DNA of 64,000 nucleotides from a virus (lineage: Duplodnaviria > Caudoviricetes), in IMG/VR virus record IMGVR_UViG_3300032236_000109, positions 1,016 through 65,015 of that record, one strand, 5' to 3'. Every line of letters begins with the position of its first letter. Positions within the stretch are counted from its first letter, which is position 1. Shown piece by piece: positions 1 through 10,667 of this stretch. The notes beneath the pieces were generated by a model. That model ran no database searches. It saw only the letters and a program-made list of their open reading frames with translations, and was not told the origin of the DNA. The position numbers and the translations under genes are program-made.

Positions 1-246
1 TTGCGCCGTATTCAAGACGCCGGATCTGGTGTATACGTACAAGATATCCCATTTAGATTCATCCCATGTATGGTTGCAGGACTAGCTTATCAGCTATCTA
101 CCAAGTTACCAGATATGGATATGAACCGTATTCCAATGTTAAAAGCGGATTATGAACAACAGTTCCAATTGGCTGCAGATGAAGATCGAGATAAGGCTCC
201 TATACGTTTTGTGCCAAGGATGACGTTCTACGGTAGAGGAAGTTAA
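1..246 (+). CDS. C-terminal fragment of a putative head-tail adaptor/connector protein (5'-truncated)
   Basis: Open frame from the window edge; position upstream of tail genes; function inferred from synteny only. Confidence 0.5.
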   Translation: MRRIQDAGSGVYVQDIPFRFIPCMVAGLAYQLSTKLPDMDMNRIPMLKADYEQQFQLAADEDRDKAPIRFVPRMTFYGRGS

Positions 247-248
247 AA

Positions 249-674
249 ATGCCTAATCAGTTCGCTTCCGGCAAATGGGCAATTGCCGAATGTGACCGAT
301 GTGATCAAAGGTTTATGCTCAAATATTTACGGACGCAAACCGTAAAAACTAAACCTTATAAGATTAAGGTTTGTCGTGAATGTTGGGATCCAGATCATCC
401 TCAGTTACAATTGGGGATGTACCCTGTAAATGACCCACAGGCGGTTAGAGAACCCCGTCCTGATGTAAGTTACTTGCAGTCTGGTACGAATGGTTTGCAG
501 ATTAATTTAACTGGTATTGGTCCAGATGGTTTAGGTGGTCCAGACATGGGTAGTAGGGTATTCCAGTGGGGCTGGAATCCGGTTGGTGGTTCAAGACTAT
601 TTGACAATGCGTTAACGCCAAATGACTTGATAGGTAACACACAAATTGGTACAGTAACGGTAAGTATAACTTAG
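249..674 (+). CDS. Virion-module protein with Zn-finger (CDRC...CREC)
   Basis: Two CxxC pairs; tightly packed in the late operon. Confidence 0.6.
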   Translation: MPNQFASGKWAIAECDRCDQRFMLKYLRTQTVKTKPYKIKVCRECWDPDHPQLQLGMYPVNDPQAVREPRPDVSYLQSGTNGLQINLTGIGPDGLGGPDMGSRVFQWGWNPVGGSRLFDNALTPNDLIGNTQIGTVTVSIT

Positions 675-683
675 GAGTAAATT

Positions 684-881
684 ATGGGATTCAAAACGGC
701 GGCAGATGGTGTTACCAAAACAGGTAAAACCAAAGGTACAAATCTAGGTGATTCAGGTCCATCAGTGGGCATTGAAAAAGGTCCAATTAAAGGTCCACAG
801 AAATTGGGTAATTCCATGAAAGCTGTTGGACGCAATATGGCTCGTGCTATGTTGCAAAAATCTTCAGGCAGAGGTCGTTAA
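684..881 (+). CDS. Small basic Gly/Lys-rich protein
   Basis: AGGAG RBS; ADGVTKTGKTKG motif resembles ADGIASKGKTRG in 62761-63351. Confidence 0.7.
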   Translation: MGFKTAADGVTKTGKTKGTNLGDSGPSVGIEKGPIKGPQKLGNSMKAVGRNMARAMLQKSSGRGR

Positions 882-882
882 T

Positions 883-1158
883 ATGGCTACCGCTAAAAAC
901 GTTAAAGCAACTCCAGCGGGATCTTATCCGCTAGGTCATGCTAAAGAAAACAAAGATGCATCTGCATACGTTAACAATGGTACTAGCGTAGCTGATGGTG
1001 AAAATGCAGTAGTGCTAAAAGGCAAACCTGTTGATGCATTACGTCCATCTATTGGCACATTGTTCAAAAGTCAGCCAGAAACTAAAACTGATGGCGTTAC
1101 AATGCGTGGTTATGGTGCTGCAACTAAAGGCATCAAATCTAGAGGTCCGATGGCTTAA
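883..1158 (+). CDS. Small virion-module protein (start MATAKNV)
   Basis: ATG 2 nt after the previous stop; C-terminal RGYGAATKG. Confidence 0.6.
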   Translation: MATAKNVKATPAGSYPLGHAKENKDASAYVNNGTSVADGENAVVLKGKPVDALRPSIGTLFKSQPETKTDGVTMRGYGAATKGIKSRGPMA

Positions 1159-1847
1159 TGGATTACAACACTCTTTTCGCTCAGATACAGACGTACACGG
1201 AAAATATATTTCCGGATACGTATCTTGCTAATGGAAGTTCTATTTCTGCTACAACGCAGATTAATACTTTTATTCAGCAAGCGGAAGAACGTATATACAA
1301 TACCGTTCAAATCCCGTCTTTGCGTAAGAATGTTACAGGCACATGCACTTCAGGAAATCAATACTTAGCTTGTCCTAATGATTACTTATCTACTTATTCA
1401 TTAGCAATTATTAATCCTGATGGAAGTTACGAATATTTGCTTAACAAAGATGTTAACTTTATTCGTCAATCTTATCCTACACCAACTGCTACTGGTACAC
1501 CCCGTTATTACGCTTTGTTTGGTTCACGTTTGAATGACCCTAATGAACTTACTTTCATTCTTGGACCAACCCCTGATCTTAGTTACAACGCAGAGTTGCA
1601 CTATTTTTACTATCCAGAATCTATTGTTACTGCTGGCACCTCATGGCTTGGTGATAATTACTCTCCTGTTCTTCTTTATGGTTCCCTCGTTGAGGCGTAT
1701 ACCTACATGAAGGGTGAGACAGATATGTTAAATATGTACAATACCAAGTATCAGGAAGCAATGCAGCAACTCAACAGACTTGGAACTGGCTTAGAACGTG
1801 GCGATGCATATCGTGACGGTCAAGCTAAGATCAAAGTTAACCCATAA
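1158..1847 (+). CDS. Putative tail adaptor/tail tubular-type protein
   Basis: 229 aa; GTPRYY..GPTPD and LLYGSLVEAY motifs typical of podoviral adaptor proteins; inference. Confidence 0.55.
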   Translation: MDYNTLFAQIQTYTENIFPDTYLANGSSISATTQINTFIQQAEERIYNTVQIPSLRKNVTGTCTSGNQYLACPNDYLSTYSLAIINPDGSYEYLLNKDVNFIRQSYPTPTATGTPRYYALFGSRLNDPNELTFILGPTPDLSYNAELHYFYYPESIVTAGTSWLGDNYSPVLLYGSLVEAYTYMKGETDMLNMYNTKYQEAMQQLNRLGTGLERGDAYRDGQAKIKVNP

Positions 1848-1863
1848 TTTTTAGGAGCAACAA

Positions 1864-2298
1864 ATGGCAATCACTCAAGCAATGTGCGATTCGTTTAAGG
1901 TGCAAATCCTTAGCGGTCAACAAAATTTGGTTTCAGGCGCAAGCACTGTATATAAACTCGCTTTGTATACCAGCTCAGCAACATTAAGCAACGCAACTAC
2001 AGCGTACACAACCGTTAACGAAGTAACAAGTTCAGGTTCAAACTATACTGCTGGTGGTAACACACTAACAGTTAGCACAAGCCCAACTTCTACTGGTAAC
2101 GTAGCGTTCTTGTCGTTTGCTAATAGCTCTTGGACTAACGCAAATATTACTGCTAACGGCGCTTTAATCTACAACTCAACTGCAAATACGGCTGTTGCTG
2201 TGTTAGCTTTTGGTGCTGATAAAACCGCTACTAACGGTACATTTAGCGTGATTTTCCCAACTGCAGACGCAACAAACGCAATCATCCGTATTGCTTAA
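1864..2298 (+). CDS. Virion structural protein (Ser/Thr/Ala-rich, beta-rich)
   Basis: AGGAG RBS; KLALY..NEV..NYTAGG pattern seen in phage tail-associated proteins. Confidence 0.6.
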   Translation: MAITQAMCDSFKVQILSGQQNLVSGASTVYKLALYTSSATLSNATTAYTTVNEVTSSGSNYTAGGNTLTVSTSPTSTGNVAFLSFANSSWTNANITANGALIYNSTANTAVAVLAFGADKTATNGTFSVIFPTADATNAIIRIA

Positions 2299-2310
2299 TA
2301 GGAGCCTGAC

Positions 2311-3309
2311 ATGGCTCTTGTGCTGTTTGATAGGGTAAAAGAATCCAGTAATACCGCTGGTACTGGGACTATTGTTTTAGCTGGTGCGCAAACCGGCTAT
2401 CAGTCCTTTGCTGTGGTGGGAAACGGAAATACAACTTACTACACCATTGCGGATCAACAAGGATCTAACTGGGAAGTAGGTATTGGTACGTACTATTCTG
2501 GCAACGTTTCTCTTGCTCGTACGACTATTCTTTCCTCATCAAACGCTAATGCTGCGGTTAACTTTAGTAACGCCACTAAAGATGTATTTGTTACTTACCC
2601 AGCAGAAAAGTCTGTAAACCAAGACGCTACTGGTAACGTTACTGTACTTCAAACGGTTACTGCAAATAATATTGTATCTGTTGGAAATACCGCAGTTAGT
2701 TCTAATGCTGGTGCTTTTTCTCTTGGCGCTCTTAGTTATTCAGATACTGGCATTTTTGCTTCTTACGCAAATACAGCCAATACATATGTACAAATTATTG
2801 CTCAGAACTTAAGCAATGGAACTAATGCTTCTGTTGACTTTGTAGTAACAAACGATACTGGCACAGCATATGCAGACTTTGGTATTACTTCTAGCAAATA
2901 TACTGGATCTGGCGCACTTTCAGCAGCCAACGTAGCTTATATTTATGCTGGCGCTGCCGATCTTGTTGTTGGTACAGCAACTGCTAACTCGATTCACTTT
3001 GTTGTTAACAACTCTGCGGTTGATGCGTTTACTATTAATGCAAGCGGAGCTTTGGCAGCAAATGCTTCTTACGGTACATCTGGTCAAGTATTAACATCCC
3101 AAGGAAACGCCGCCGCTCCTACATGGGCAACACCAACCTCATCTGGTGCCTTGTCTGCTGGTAATAATTCAATCATCGTAAATAACGTAAATATTACTTC
3201 AAATGCTACAATTGCTGCTGGTCAAAATGGATTCTCTGTAGGACCAGTAACAACCGCAAATGGCGTTACTGTAACAATTGGAGCTAATTCTACTTGGGTG
3301 GTTCTATGA
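2311..3309 (+). CDS. Putative tail fibre protein
   Basis: N-terminal DRVKE..WEVG.GT..VFVTYPA domain; GTSGQVLTSQG..APTW fibre linker. Confidence 0.65.
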   Translation: MALVLFDRVKESSNTAGTGTIVLAGAQTGYQSFAVVGNGNTTYYTIADQQGSNWEVGIGTYYSGNVSLARTTILSSSNANAAVNFSNATKDVFVTYPAEKSVNQDATGNVTVLQTVTANNIVSVGNTAVSSNAGAFSLGALSYSDTGIFASYANTANTYVQIIAQNLSNGTNASVDFVVTNDTGTAYADFGITSSKYTGSGALSAANVAYIYAGAADLVVGTATANSIHFVVNNSAVDAFTINASGALAANASYGTSGQVLTSQGNAAAPTWATPTSSGALSAGNNSIIVNNVNITSNATIAAGQNGFSVGPVTTANGVTVTIGANSTWVVL

Positions 3310-4364
3310 GTACTATATCTGCTGGGAATACCACTTCTACAACGCTTGTACAAACTGGCGATACTACTGGTAATTTAACGCTGACCGCTATTGGTGGGGT
3401 TATTAATGCTCAATCAACTACTGGTGGTTTTGTAGTGCCTACTGGTACAACAGCGCAAAGACCCACTGCTAACGTAGCAGGAACAATTCGTTATAACACT
3501 ACTACCAATCAAACAGAGATTTACTCAGGAATTGCTTGGACAGGAATTACAAGCCAAACTTATACTGCAAGTTATTTTGTTGCGGCAGGTGGTGGTGGTG
3601 GCGCAGGAGTTCCTGCTAACTATGCCGCAGGTGGTGGCGGTGGAGCAGGCGGCTATTTAACTGGCACAACAACTTTAACTGGTGGTAATGTTTATTCTGT
3701 AACTGTTGGTGGCGGTGGTGCTGGTGCATCTCCAAGCTCAACTGTGAGCGCAAGTAGTGGCTCTAATTCAGTATTAGGCTCTATTGCAACGGCAATAGGC
3801 GGTGGTGGTGGCTCTCCTTACAATACAAACGGAGTTGCTGGTGGCTCTGGAGGTGGTGGTGGTGGAGCAACAAGTACAGGAGGTGCTGGAACTTCTGGTC
3901 AAGGATACGCAGGTGGTGGATGTTCTGGAAATGTAGGTGGAGGACCTGCTGGTGGAGGTGCATCTGCGGCTGGAGGTTCTGTTTCATCATCTAATACTGG
4001 CGGTAATGGTGGCGCTGGTATATCTTCAAGTCTTTCTGGCTCTCCAGTAACGTATTGCGGTGGTGGTGCAGGTTCTGCTTTTACTGCTGGAACTGCTGGA
4101 ACAGGTGGCGCAGGCGGTGGTGCAAATGGAGTTGTTGGAGCTAACAATGGAATTGCTGGTTCAACTAATACTGGAGGCGGTGGAAGTTCAGGCGGTGGTT
4201 CTGTTGGTGTTGCTTCTACTGGCGGTTCTGGTGGTTCAGGAATTGTTATTCTTTCCGTTCCTACAACCAATTATTCTGGAGTTACAACAGGATCACCAAC
4301 AGTAACAACATCAGGCAGTAATACAATTATGACGTTTAATAGTAGTGGAAGCTACACGGCTTAA
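3306..4364 (+). CDS. Glycine-rich tail fibre/adhesin paralog 1
   Basis: PTGTTAQRP..IRYN..EIY..W linker, then AGGGGG Gly-rich domain ending FNSSGSYTA; ATGA overlap. Confidence 0.75.
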   Translation: MSTISAGNTTSTTLVQTGDTTGNLTLTAIGGVINAQSTTGGFVVPTGTTAQRPTANVAGTIRYNTTTNQTEIYSGIAWTGITSQTYTASYFVAAGGGGGAGVPANYAAGGGGGAGGYLTGTTTLTGGNVYSVTVGGGGAGASPSSTVSASSGSNSVLGSIATAIGGGGGSPYNTNGVAGGSGGGGGGATSTGGAGTSGQGYAGGGCSGNVGGGPAGGGASAAGGSVSSSNTGGNGGAGISSSLSGSPVTYCGGGAGSAFTAGTAGTGGAGGGANGVVGANNGIAGSTNTGGGGSSGGGSVGVASTGGSGGSGIVILSVPTTNYSGVTTGSPTVTTSGSNTIMTFNSSGSYTA

Positions 4365-4379
4365 CAAAGGAGAAATTAC

Positions 4380-4727
4380 ATGAGCCATTTTGCAAAAGTA
4401 GTAGACGGCAAGGTCACTCAGGTGATCGTAGCCGAACAAGATTTTTTTGATACGTTTGTGGATTCAAGTCCCGGTACATGGATTCAAACTTCTTATAACA
4501 CCCGTGCTAATCAGCATCCAGAAGGTCGCCCATTGCGTGGTAATTATGCTGGTATTGGTTATACATACGATGCTACGCATGACGTTTTTTATGCTCCGCA
4601 ACCATATGCAAGTTGGGTATTAAACCAATCTACATGGTTATGGGAAGCACCAACACCAATCCCACAAGATGGCAAACCATATCGTTGGGATGAATCTACA
4701 GTAGCTTGGGTTGAAATAACCGCTTAA
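4380..4727 (+). CDS. Small Trp-rich protein accompanying Gly-rich fibre genes (possible assembly chaperone)
   Basis: AAGGAG RBS; WIQTSYN..RGNYAGIGYTYD..PQPYASW..WEAP; chaperone role is inference. Confidence 0.65.
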   Translation: MSHFAKVVDGKVTQVIVAEQDFFDTFVDSSPGTWIQTSYNTRANQHPEGRPLRGNYAGIGYTYDATHDVFYAPQPYASWVLNQSTWLWEAPTPIPQDGKPYRWDESTVAWVEITA

Positions 4728-4736
4728 GGATAAAAA

Positions 4737-5243
4737 ATGGCGGTCATAATCAACGGAACTAACGGTGTAGCAACTTCGGGAACAAACTTAACTTCCACTA
4801 GTTTAATTTTAAATGGTGGTACTTCTGGAGCTATTACACTTGTTGCCAATGCAACGGCTGGTACAAACACGTTAACATTACCTGCATCTACAGGCACCAT
4901 TTTGAGTAACACAACTGCTGGAGTATGTGCTGCATGGGTAAATTTTGATGGTACTTTAACAACCCCCATAACCCCTAGAGCATCATTTAATGTAACCAAC
5001 ATTACAAAAGTATCTACAGGTGTATATACAATAAACTTTACGAATGCTTTAGCAGATGCTAACTATGCTGCAACTTGTTCTGCCGCAGCAGCTTCTGGTG
5101 GGGTTACTGTTATAGCAGATACACAAACTAATGGTTCAGGTTCGATAGCGCCAACTGCAAGCAATGTAACGATAGCTATTGTTAATAGGTCTGCTGGTGC
5201 TTTTGTTGATTCTCCATATGTCAATGTACAGGTATTTAGATAG
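4737..5243 (+). CDS. Putative tail fibre protein
   Basis: TLTLPASTGT linker; AWVNFDG..SFNV..TGVYTINF..DANY domain typical of fibre C-termini. Confidence 0.65.
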   Translation: MAVIINGTNGVATSGTNLTSTSLILNGGTSGAITLVANATAGTNTLTLPASTGTILSNTTAGVCAAWVNFDGTLTTPITPRASFNVTNITKVSTGVYTINFTNALADANYAATCSAAAASGGVTVIADTQTNGSGSIAPTASNVTIAIVNRSAGAFVDSPYVNVQVFR

Positions 5244-5251
5244 CATAATGT

Positions 5252-6571
5252 ATGCCAAGTACCATCAATGTCATTCCAGATAAACAGATAGGACAGCTTC
5301 GTAAAAACGGCGCTGCTGATGGTAATCTTGCATTTCAAACAAATGGTACAAACGCAGTCGTAATAGACAGCAACCAAAACGCTAACTTTGTTTCTACTGG
5401 TGCAATAACATTACCAAAAGGTACAATCGCACAAAGACCAGCAAGTCCAGTAAATGGGATGTGGAGATATAGCACTAGCTATGCTGGCGTAGAAGCCTAC
5501 GCAAATGGTTCTTGGCTTAATTTAACGCCCATTCTTACCCCCATTAATTCTGCTGCGCCCGTATTATCTGGTTCTACTGTTGTAGGGTCTAATGTAAGTG
5601 TTAGTACAGGAACATGGAATAACTCTCCAACAAGCTATGGTTATCAGTGGCTTGCTAATTCTGTTGCCATATCAAACGCAACCGCAAACGTATTTACAAT
5701 TACATCCTCACAAAACGGATCTAATCTTTCTTGTAATGTAACTGCAACTAATGGCGCAGGAAGCACTGGTATAGCCGCAACATCAAATACCGCTGGTCCA
5801 GTAACGTCTACATATAGTGCATCATATTTAGTGATTGCTGGCGGAGGCGGCGGCGGTAGTGGGCAAACCAATTCTTCAGGCGGCGGTGGGGGAGCTGGTG
5901 GGTACTTAGCAAATACTGCAACCTTTACTCCGGGAGTTGTTTATACAGCTACTGTAGGCGCTGGCGGCGGATCTGGTGGTGGTGGAACAAACTCCTCTCT
6001 TTCAGGAACTGGTTTAACTACAGTAACATCCATTGGTGGCGGTAATGGTGGAGGAAGCGGTGGTGGTGCTGGAGGATCAGGCGGTGGATCAGGATCTGGC
6101 TACGGAGGTTCACCCAATGGTGGTGCAGCAACTTCAGGTCAAGGAAACGGCGGATCTGGTACTGGATATGATGGACAAGTTGATCCCGGTGGTGGCGGTG
6201 GTGGAGCTGGCGGAAGTGGTAGTGGTTCAAGTGGTGGTGCAGCTGCCTCTAGTTCTATAACTGGTTCATCTGTATCAAGGGCTGGCGGAGGCGGCGGCGG
6301 AAAAGGCGGTTCAGGTGGCGGCGGCGGTGCTGGTAATGGTGGATATAGTAGCGGTGGTGGTAGCGGTTCAGCAAATACTGGTTCAGGCGGTGGTGGTGGA
6401 GGTCAAAATGGCGGCGGACCTCAAAGTGGTGGTTCAGGTGGTTCAGGAATAATTATTCTTTCCGTGCCTACTACAAACTATTCTGGTACAACTACAGGAA
6501 GCCCTACCGTAACTACATCAGGATCAAATACAATTATTACGTTCACATCTAGCGGGACATACACAGCATGA
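5252..6571 (+). CDS. Glycine-rich tail fibre/adhesin paralog 2 with Ig-like insert
   Basis: PKGTIAQRP linker; GTW..PTSYGYQW..LSCNVTATN Ig-like module; Gly-rich C-terminal domain. Confidence 0.75.
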   Translation: MPSTINVIPDKQIGQLRKNGAADGNLAFQTNGTNAVVIDSNQNANFVSTGAITLPKGTIAQRPASPVNGMWRYSTSYAGVEAYANGSWLNLTPILTPINSAAPVLSGSTVVGSNVSVSTGTWNNSPTSYGYQWLANSVAISNATANVFTITSSQNGSNLSCNVTATNGAGSTGIAATSNTAGPVTSTYSASYLVIAGGGGGGSGQTNSSGGGGGAGGYLANTATFTPGVVYTATVGAGGGSGGGGTNSSLSGTGLTTVTSIGGGNGGGSGGGAGGSGGGSGSGYGGSPNGGAATSGQGNGGSGTGYDGQVDPGGGGGGAGGSGSGSSGGAAASSSITGSSVSRAGGGGGGKGGSGGGGGAGNGGYSSGGGSGSANTGSGGGGGGQNGGGPQSGGSGGSGIIILSVPTTNYSGTTTGSPTVTTSGSNTIITFTSSGTYTA

Positions 6572-7668
6572 CAACCAAAATAAACGCATCTACGGCTGGC
6601 TTAACTGAAACAGTTGATACTTCTGGAATTCTTGAATTTCAGACTGCAAATACATCTGCACTCATTATCGACACAAGCCAAAACGCAAACCTAGTGTCTA
6701 CTGGCGCAGTAACTATTCCAAGAGGTACGACAGCCCAACGTCCTACTGGCGTTAATGGCATGGTTCGGTATAACAGCGATTCAAACGTAGCAGCGATTGA
6801 GGCATATGCTAACGGAGCTTGGACTACTTTGGGTTCTGGTAGCAGCTCAAGTATTTATTCTGTTTCTTACTTGGTTGTGTCTGGGGGTGGTGGTGGAGGT
6901 GGTAATCCAACGAATAATAATGTTTGCGGTGGCGGTGGTGGTGCTGGTGGCTTGCTAACAAGTACGGCAAATTTAACCGCTGGTACTAGCTATACAGTTA
7001 CAGTAGGTGCTGGAGGATCTGGTGGTGTTAATGCTGCCGCAGCAACGTCTGGTGGAAATTCTTCTATGCAGTCAGTAGGCGCAACTACTGGTGGTGGTTA
7101 TGGCTTTGGTGGAATTTATGCTGGTAGCGCATATTATACAGCTGCAACTGGTGGTTCAGGTGGTGGCGGTGGTTATGGTACTCAAGCAGGAGCTGCTGGA
7201 ATAGGCGGTCAAGGTAATACAGGTGGTAATGGTACTAACACTGGTAGCTTTGCTGGTGGTGGCGGGGGTGGAGCGGGTGGTGTTGGGGGTAATTATTCTG
7301 GCAATACTGGCGGCACTGGCGGAAGCTCTGCAAACTCTTCGATTACTGGAACAGTTGTTGCTTATGCTGGCGGTGGTGGTGGCGGTGGCGGAACTGGAGG
7401 CGCTGGTGGCGGTGCTGGTGCTGGCGCTGGTGGTAGTGGTTCCACACCGTCTAATGGAAATTCGGCTTCAGCAAATACTGGTTCAGGCGGTGGTGGTACT
7501 GGTGGCGGAGGAGGCACATTCGGAGCTACTGTAACGGCTGGAAACGGTGGTTCTGGAATAGTTATTATTACTTATGCTGGATCTCCTCGTGGAACTGGCG
7601 GAACAATTACGCAATATAACGGCTACACAATCCATTCCTTTACCTCTAGCGGTACTTACACAGCCTAA
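6568..7668 (+). CDS. Glycine-rich tail fibre/adhesin paralog 3
   Basis: PRGTTAQRP linker; Gly-rich domain ending IHSFTSSGTYTA. Confidence 0.75.
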   Translation: MTTKINASTAGLTETVDTSGILEFQTANTSALIIDTSQNANLVSTGAVTIPRGTTAQRPTGVNGMVRYNSDSNVAAIEAYANGAWTTLGSGSSSSIYSVSYLVVSGGGGGGGNPTNNNVCGGGGGAGGLLTSTANLTAGTSYTVTVGAGGSGGVNAAAATSGGNSSMQSVGATTGGGYGFGGIYAGSAYYTAATGGSGGGGGYGTQAGAAGIGGQGNTGGNGTNTGSFAGGGGGGAGGVGGNYSGNTGGTGGSSANSSITGTVVAYAGGGGGGGGTGGAGGGAGAGAGGSGSTPSNGNSASANTGSGGGGTGGGGGTFGATVTAGNGGSGIVIITYAGSPRGTGGTITQYNGYTIHSFTSSGTYTA

Positions 7669-7670
7669 TT

Positions 7671-8573
7671 ATGTTTGGATTTAGCCCATTTGCCTCAGCC
7701 CCATTTGCCGCTACTGGCGGGGCTACTTCAGTTAACGTACAGGTTAATGTTACTGGCGTACAGGCGGTTGGCTATCTTGGCACAGCATCTGTAACGGGCG
7801 CAGCTAATGTCTATGTAACAGGCATACAAGCTATTGGTTATGTCGGTACTGTAAATGTAGCCCAAGGCATAGGAGTTCTTGTTACTGGAGTTCAAGCCGT
7901 TGGTCAAACAGGCACAGTCACTATAACTGCCGCAGCTAACGCCACAACCACAGGCGTTCAAGGTATTGGTCAGGTTGGTTCTGTAACCACCCAAGTCGCT
8001 ACAAATGTATATGTAACTGGCGTTCAAGGTGTAACCCAATTAGGAACTGCTTCTGTTCGGGCTGGCGCTAACGTTATCACAACTGGAGTTCAAGGTGTTG
8101 GTCAAACAGGTACTGCAACCGTAGCTGCTAGTGCTAATGTATCCGTAACAGGTGTTCAAGGTGTAGGAAAAATAGGTACTGTAACTGTACAAATTGGTAA
8201 TATTGTTTACCTGACAGGCGTTCAAGGAAACACCCAGCTTGGAACTGCAAGTGTCACAGGCGCAGCCAATGTATCTGTAACAGGTGTTCAAGCCCCAGCT
8301 CAGCTCGGTAATGTAAGCGTCCAATTAACCCAAAATATTCGTGTTACTGGGGTGCAAGCTGTAGGTTATGTGGGTAATGCAAGCGTTACAGGTAATGCCG
8401 TAATCTACTTAACAGGCGTTCAAGCACAGGGTATAATCGGACAAGTGTTAGTTTGGGGTCAAATTCCCGACAATTCTAGCCCAAATTGGACAGGCATAAG
8501 TACATCCAATACAAGTAGCTGGACTCAAATTAACGACAACACAACCCCTAACTGGGACTTAATAGCGGCTTAA
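7671..8573 (+). CDS. Repeat protein (about 23-aa VTGVQxxGxxG repeats), probable virion fibre/shaft
   Basis: About 11 tandem VTGVQ repeats; MFGFSPFASAPFA N-terminus. Confidence 0.7.
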   Translation: MFGFSPFASAPFAATGGATSVNVQVNVTGVQAVGYLGTASVTGAANVYVTGIQAIGYVGTVNVAQGIGVLVTGVQAVGQTGTVTITAAANATTTGVQGIGQVGSVTTQVATNVYVTGVQGVTQLGTASVRAGANVITTGVQGVGQTGTATVAASANVSVTGVQGVGKIGTVTVQIGNIVYLTGVQGNTQLGTASVTGAANVSVTGVQAPAQLGNVSVQLTQNIRVTGVQAVGYVGNASVTGNAVIYLTGVQAQGIIGQVLVWGQIPDNSSPNWTGISTSNTSSWTQINDNTTPNWDLIAA

Positions 8574-8574
8574 T

Positions 8575-9147
8575 ATGTTTGTATACAAAATAACGAACAA
8601 AGTAAATGGAATGCTATATATCGGCATTACTACTCGTTCCGTACATAAACGTTGGTTGCAACACAAAAGCTGTGCTTTTAGAAAAATTCAGTACCCATTG
8701 TATAACGCAATGAATAAGTATGGCTTTGATGCTTTTGAAATAGAAACTATTTATCATGGTCAAAGTCTAGAAGAGATTCAAAAATTAGAGCGTCATTTAA
8801 TTGAGCAATATGGTTCATATGTACGTAATGGCAACGGATACAATGCAACATATGGTGGAGATGGTGGATCATCCATGCCACGTGAAATTATTGAAAAAGT
8901 TCGGTTAGTTAGAATTGGTCAAAAAAGAACTGATGAGCAAAAAAAACGCATGTCAACTAATCGGATTGGTAAAGGTTTACTAAATGACGCTCCAAGAAAA
9001 CACCCAAAAGAAAAAGTTTTTATGGCGATAGAATTATTATCAAAGGGTGTAAAACAAATAGAAATAGCCTCTATTACTGGATTGACTCAATCTTATATTA
9101 GCAACCTTAAAAATAAAAAACGTGGTCGTGCGTTGTTAGGGGTGTAA
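8575..9147 (+). mobile_element. Free-standing GIY-YIG homing endonuclease gene
   Basis: VYKITN..YIG..RW..H; GYNATYGG; NUMOD3-like GQKRTDEQKKRMS; C-terminal HTH; AT-richer than flanks. Confidence 0.85.
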
Positions 9148-9149
9148 CC

Positions 9150-10658
9150 ATGTCGTCAACTTACTCAACATCGCTTCGCATACAACTGATTGATACAGGC
9201 ACAGAGCTTGAAGCTTGGGGTACACCTACTGATAACAACTTAGGTACTATTATTGAGCAAGCTATTGTTGGCGCTAATTCTATTAGTCTGACTGGGGTTT
9301 CTACCTATACACTTTCTACCGCTAACGCTGCAGTAGATCAATCTCGTAATGCTGTATTGGTATTTACAGGAACGCCGACTGCTAACTGCAACGTCATAGC
9401 GCCTAGCGTAAACAAAGTATATATTGTTAAAAACGGCACATCTGGTGGATATACGGTTAATATCAAAACTGCCAGTGGAAATGCTGTTGTTATTGCTGCT
9501 AATACCACGCAGCTTGTTTATTGCAACTCTGTTAGCTTTATTAGTGCCGTAAACATTAACAATGTAATTGGTAATTTAAATGTTACAGGAGATGTAACAG
9601 TCAGCGGAAATGTAACGGTCAATACGACTGTTGGAAAAATATCTAATTCATCTGGCAATCTAACATTAACTTCTAGCGGAAACACAGTAAACTTTTCACC
9701 AACTACAGGCGCTTTTATGGTTCCTGTAGGAAATACAGCACAACGTCCCGCTACACCAAAAAACGGTATGTCCCGTTGGAATTCTGAGCTTGGATATTAC
9801 GAAATTTGGAATGGCGCTATTTGGCAAGCTGTTACAGGTTTATATAATATTCAATACGTTATTGTGGCTGGCGGCGGTGCTGGTGGTGGACATGACCCCG
9901 GAGGTGGTGCTAATGGTGGTGGGGGCGGTGCTGGTGGGCTATTGTCATCATCTTTTCAAAGCCCAGTAAATTCTACTAGCTATACAGTTACAGTAGGTGC
10001 TGGAGGGGCTACTGGTCCTGATGGAGGTCCAGTCCAATCTGGATCTAATTCTTCCGTTGTTGGTGGGATTGTTTCTGCTATTGCTATTGGCGGCGGTGGT
10101 GGTGGTAATGGTCGTGGTGGCGGATCTAGTTCTGGTCAAAGTGGTGGCTCTGGTGGCGGAGGATCTAGTTTTGAAGGTTCTTATGCAGGTTCAGGAACCG
10201 CAGGTCAAGGATATTCCGGTTCTACTAGCGGTGCTGGAGGTGGGGGTGGAGGAGCTGGTGTAGCTGGTTCTGGTTCTTCTGGCGGTAACGGAGTTGCTAA
10301 TCCATTAACAGGCTCTACTGCGGGTCAAAACGTTTCTGGCACTTATTATCTTGCTGGCGGAGGTGGAGGCGGTTCCTATGGTACTGCTGGTATAGGCGGT
10401 GGCGGCTATGGTGGTTATCCCGGTTCTTATAACCAAGGCGGCTCTGGTCAAACCAACACTGGAGGAGGTGCCGGCGGTTCTGGTGGTGACGGCGGTGGTC
10501 AACAGTTACCAAGCGCTGGTGGTTCTGGTGTTGTTGTATTTAGATACCAATCACCTATTCAAAAAGCTACAGGCGGTACAGTTACAAGTTACTCATCAGG
10601 TGGATACACCTACTGGATTCATACATTTACATCAAGTGGTACATTTACTACGAGCTAG
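9150..10658 (+). CDS. Glycine-rich tail fibre paralog 4
   Basis: MSSTYSTSLRIQLI..WG..NNLGT anchor domain; PVGNTAQRP; Gly-rich C-terminus. Confidence 0.75.
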   Translation: MSSTYSTSLRIQLIDTGTELEAWGTPTDNNLGTIIEQAIVGANSISLTGVSTYTLSTANAAVDQSRNAVLVFTGTPTANCNVIAPSVNKVYIVKNGTSGGYTVNIKTASGNAVVIAANTTQLVYCNSVSFISAVNINNVIGNLNVTGDVTVSGNVTVNTTVGKISNSSGNLTLTSSGNTVNFSPTTGAFMVPVGNTAQRPATPKNGMSRWNSELGYYEIWNGAIWQAVTGLYNIQYVIVAGGGAGGGHDPGGGANGGGGGAGGLLSSSFQSPVNSTSYTVTVGAGGATGPDGGPVQSGSNSSVVGGIVSAIAIGGGGGGNGRGGGSSSGQSGGSGGGGSSFEGSYAGSGTAGQGYSGSTSGAGGGGGGAGVAGSGSSGGNGVANPLTGSTAGQNVSGTYYLAGGGGGGSYGTAGIGGGGYGGYPGSYNQGGSGQTNTGGGAGGSGGDGGGQQLPSAGGSGVVVFRYQSPIQKATGGTVTSYSSGGYTYWIHTFTSSGTFTTS

Positions 10659-10667
10659 GAATTACAT

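Noticed and set aside
8575-9147. Group I intron around the GIY-YIG gene
   Set aside because: Flanking genes are intact and leave no room for an intron core
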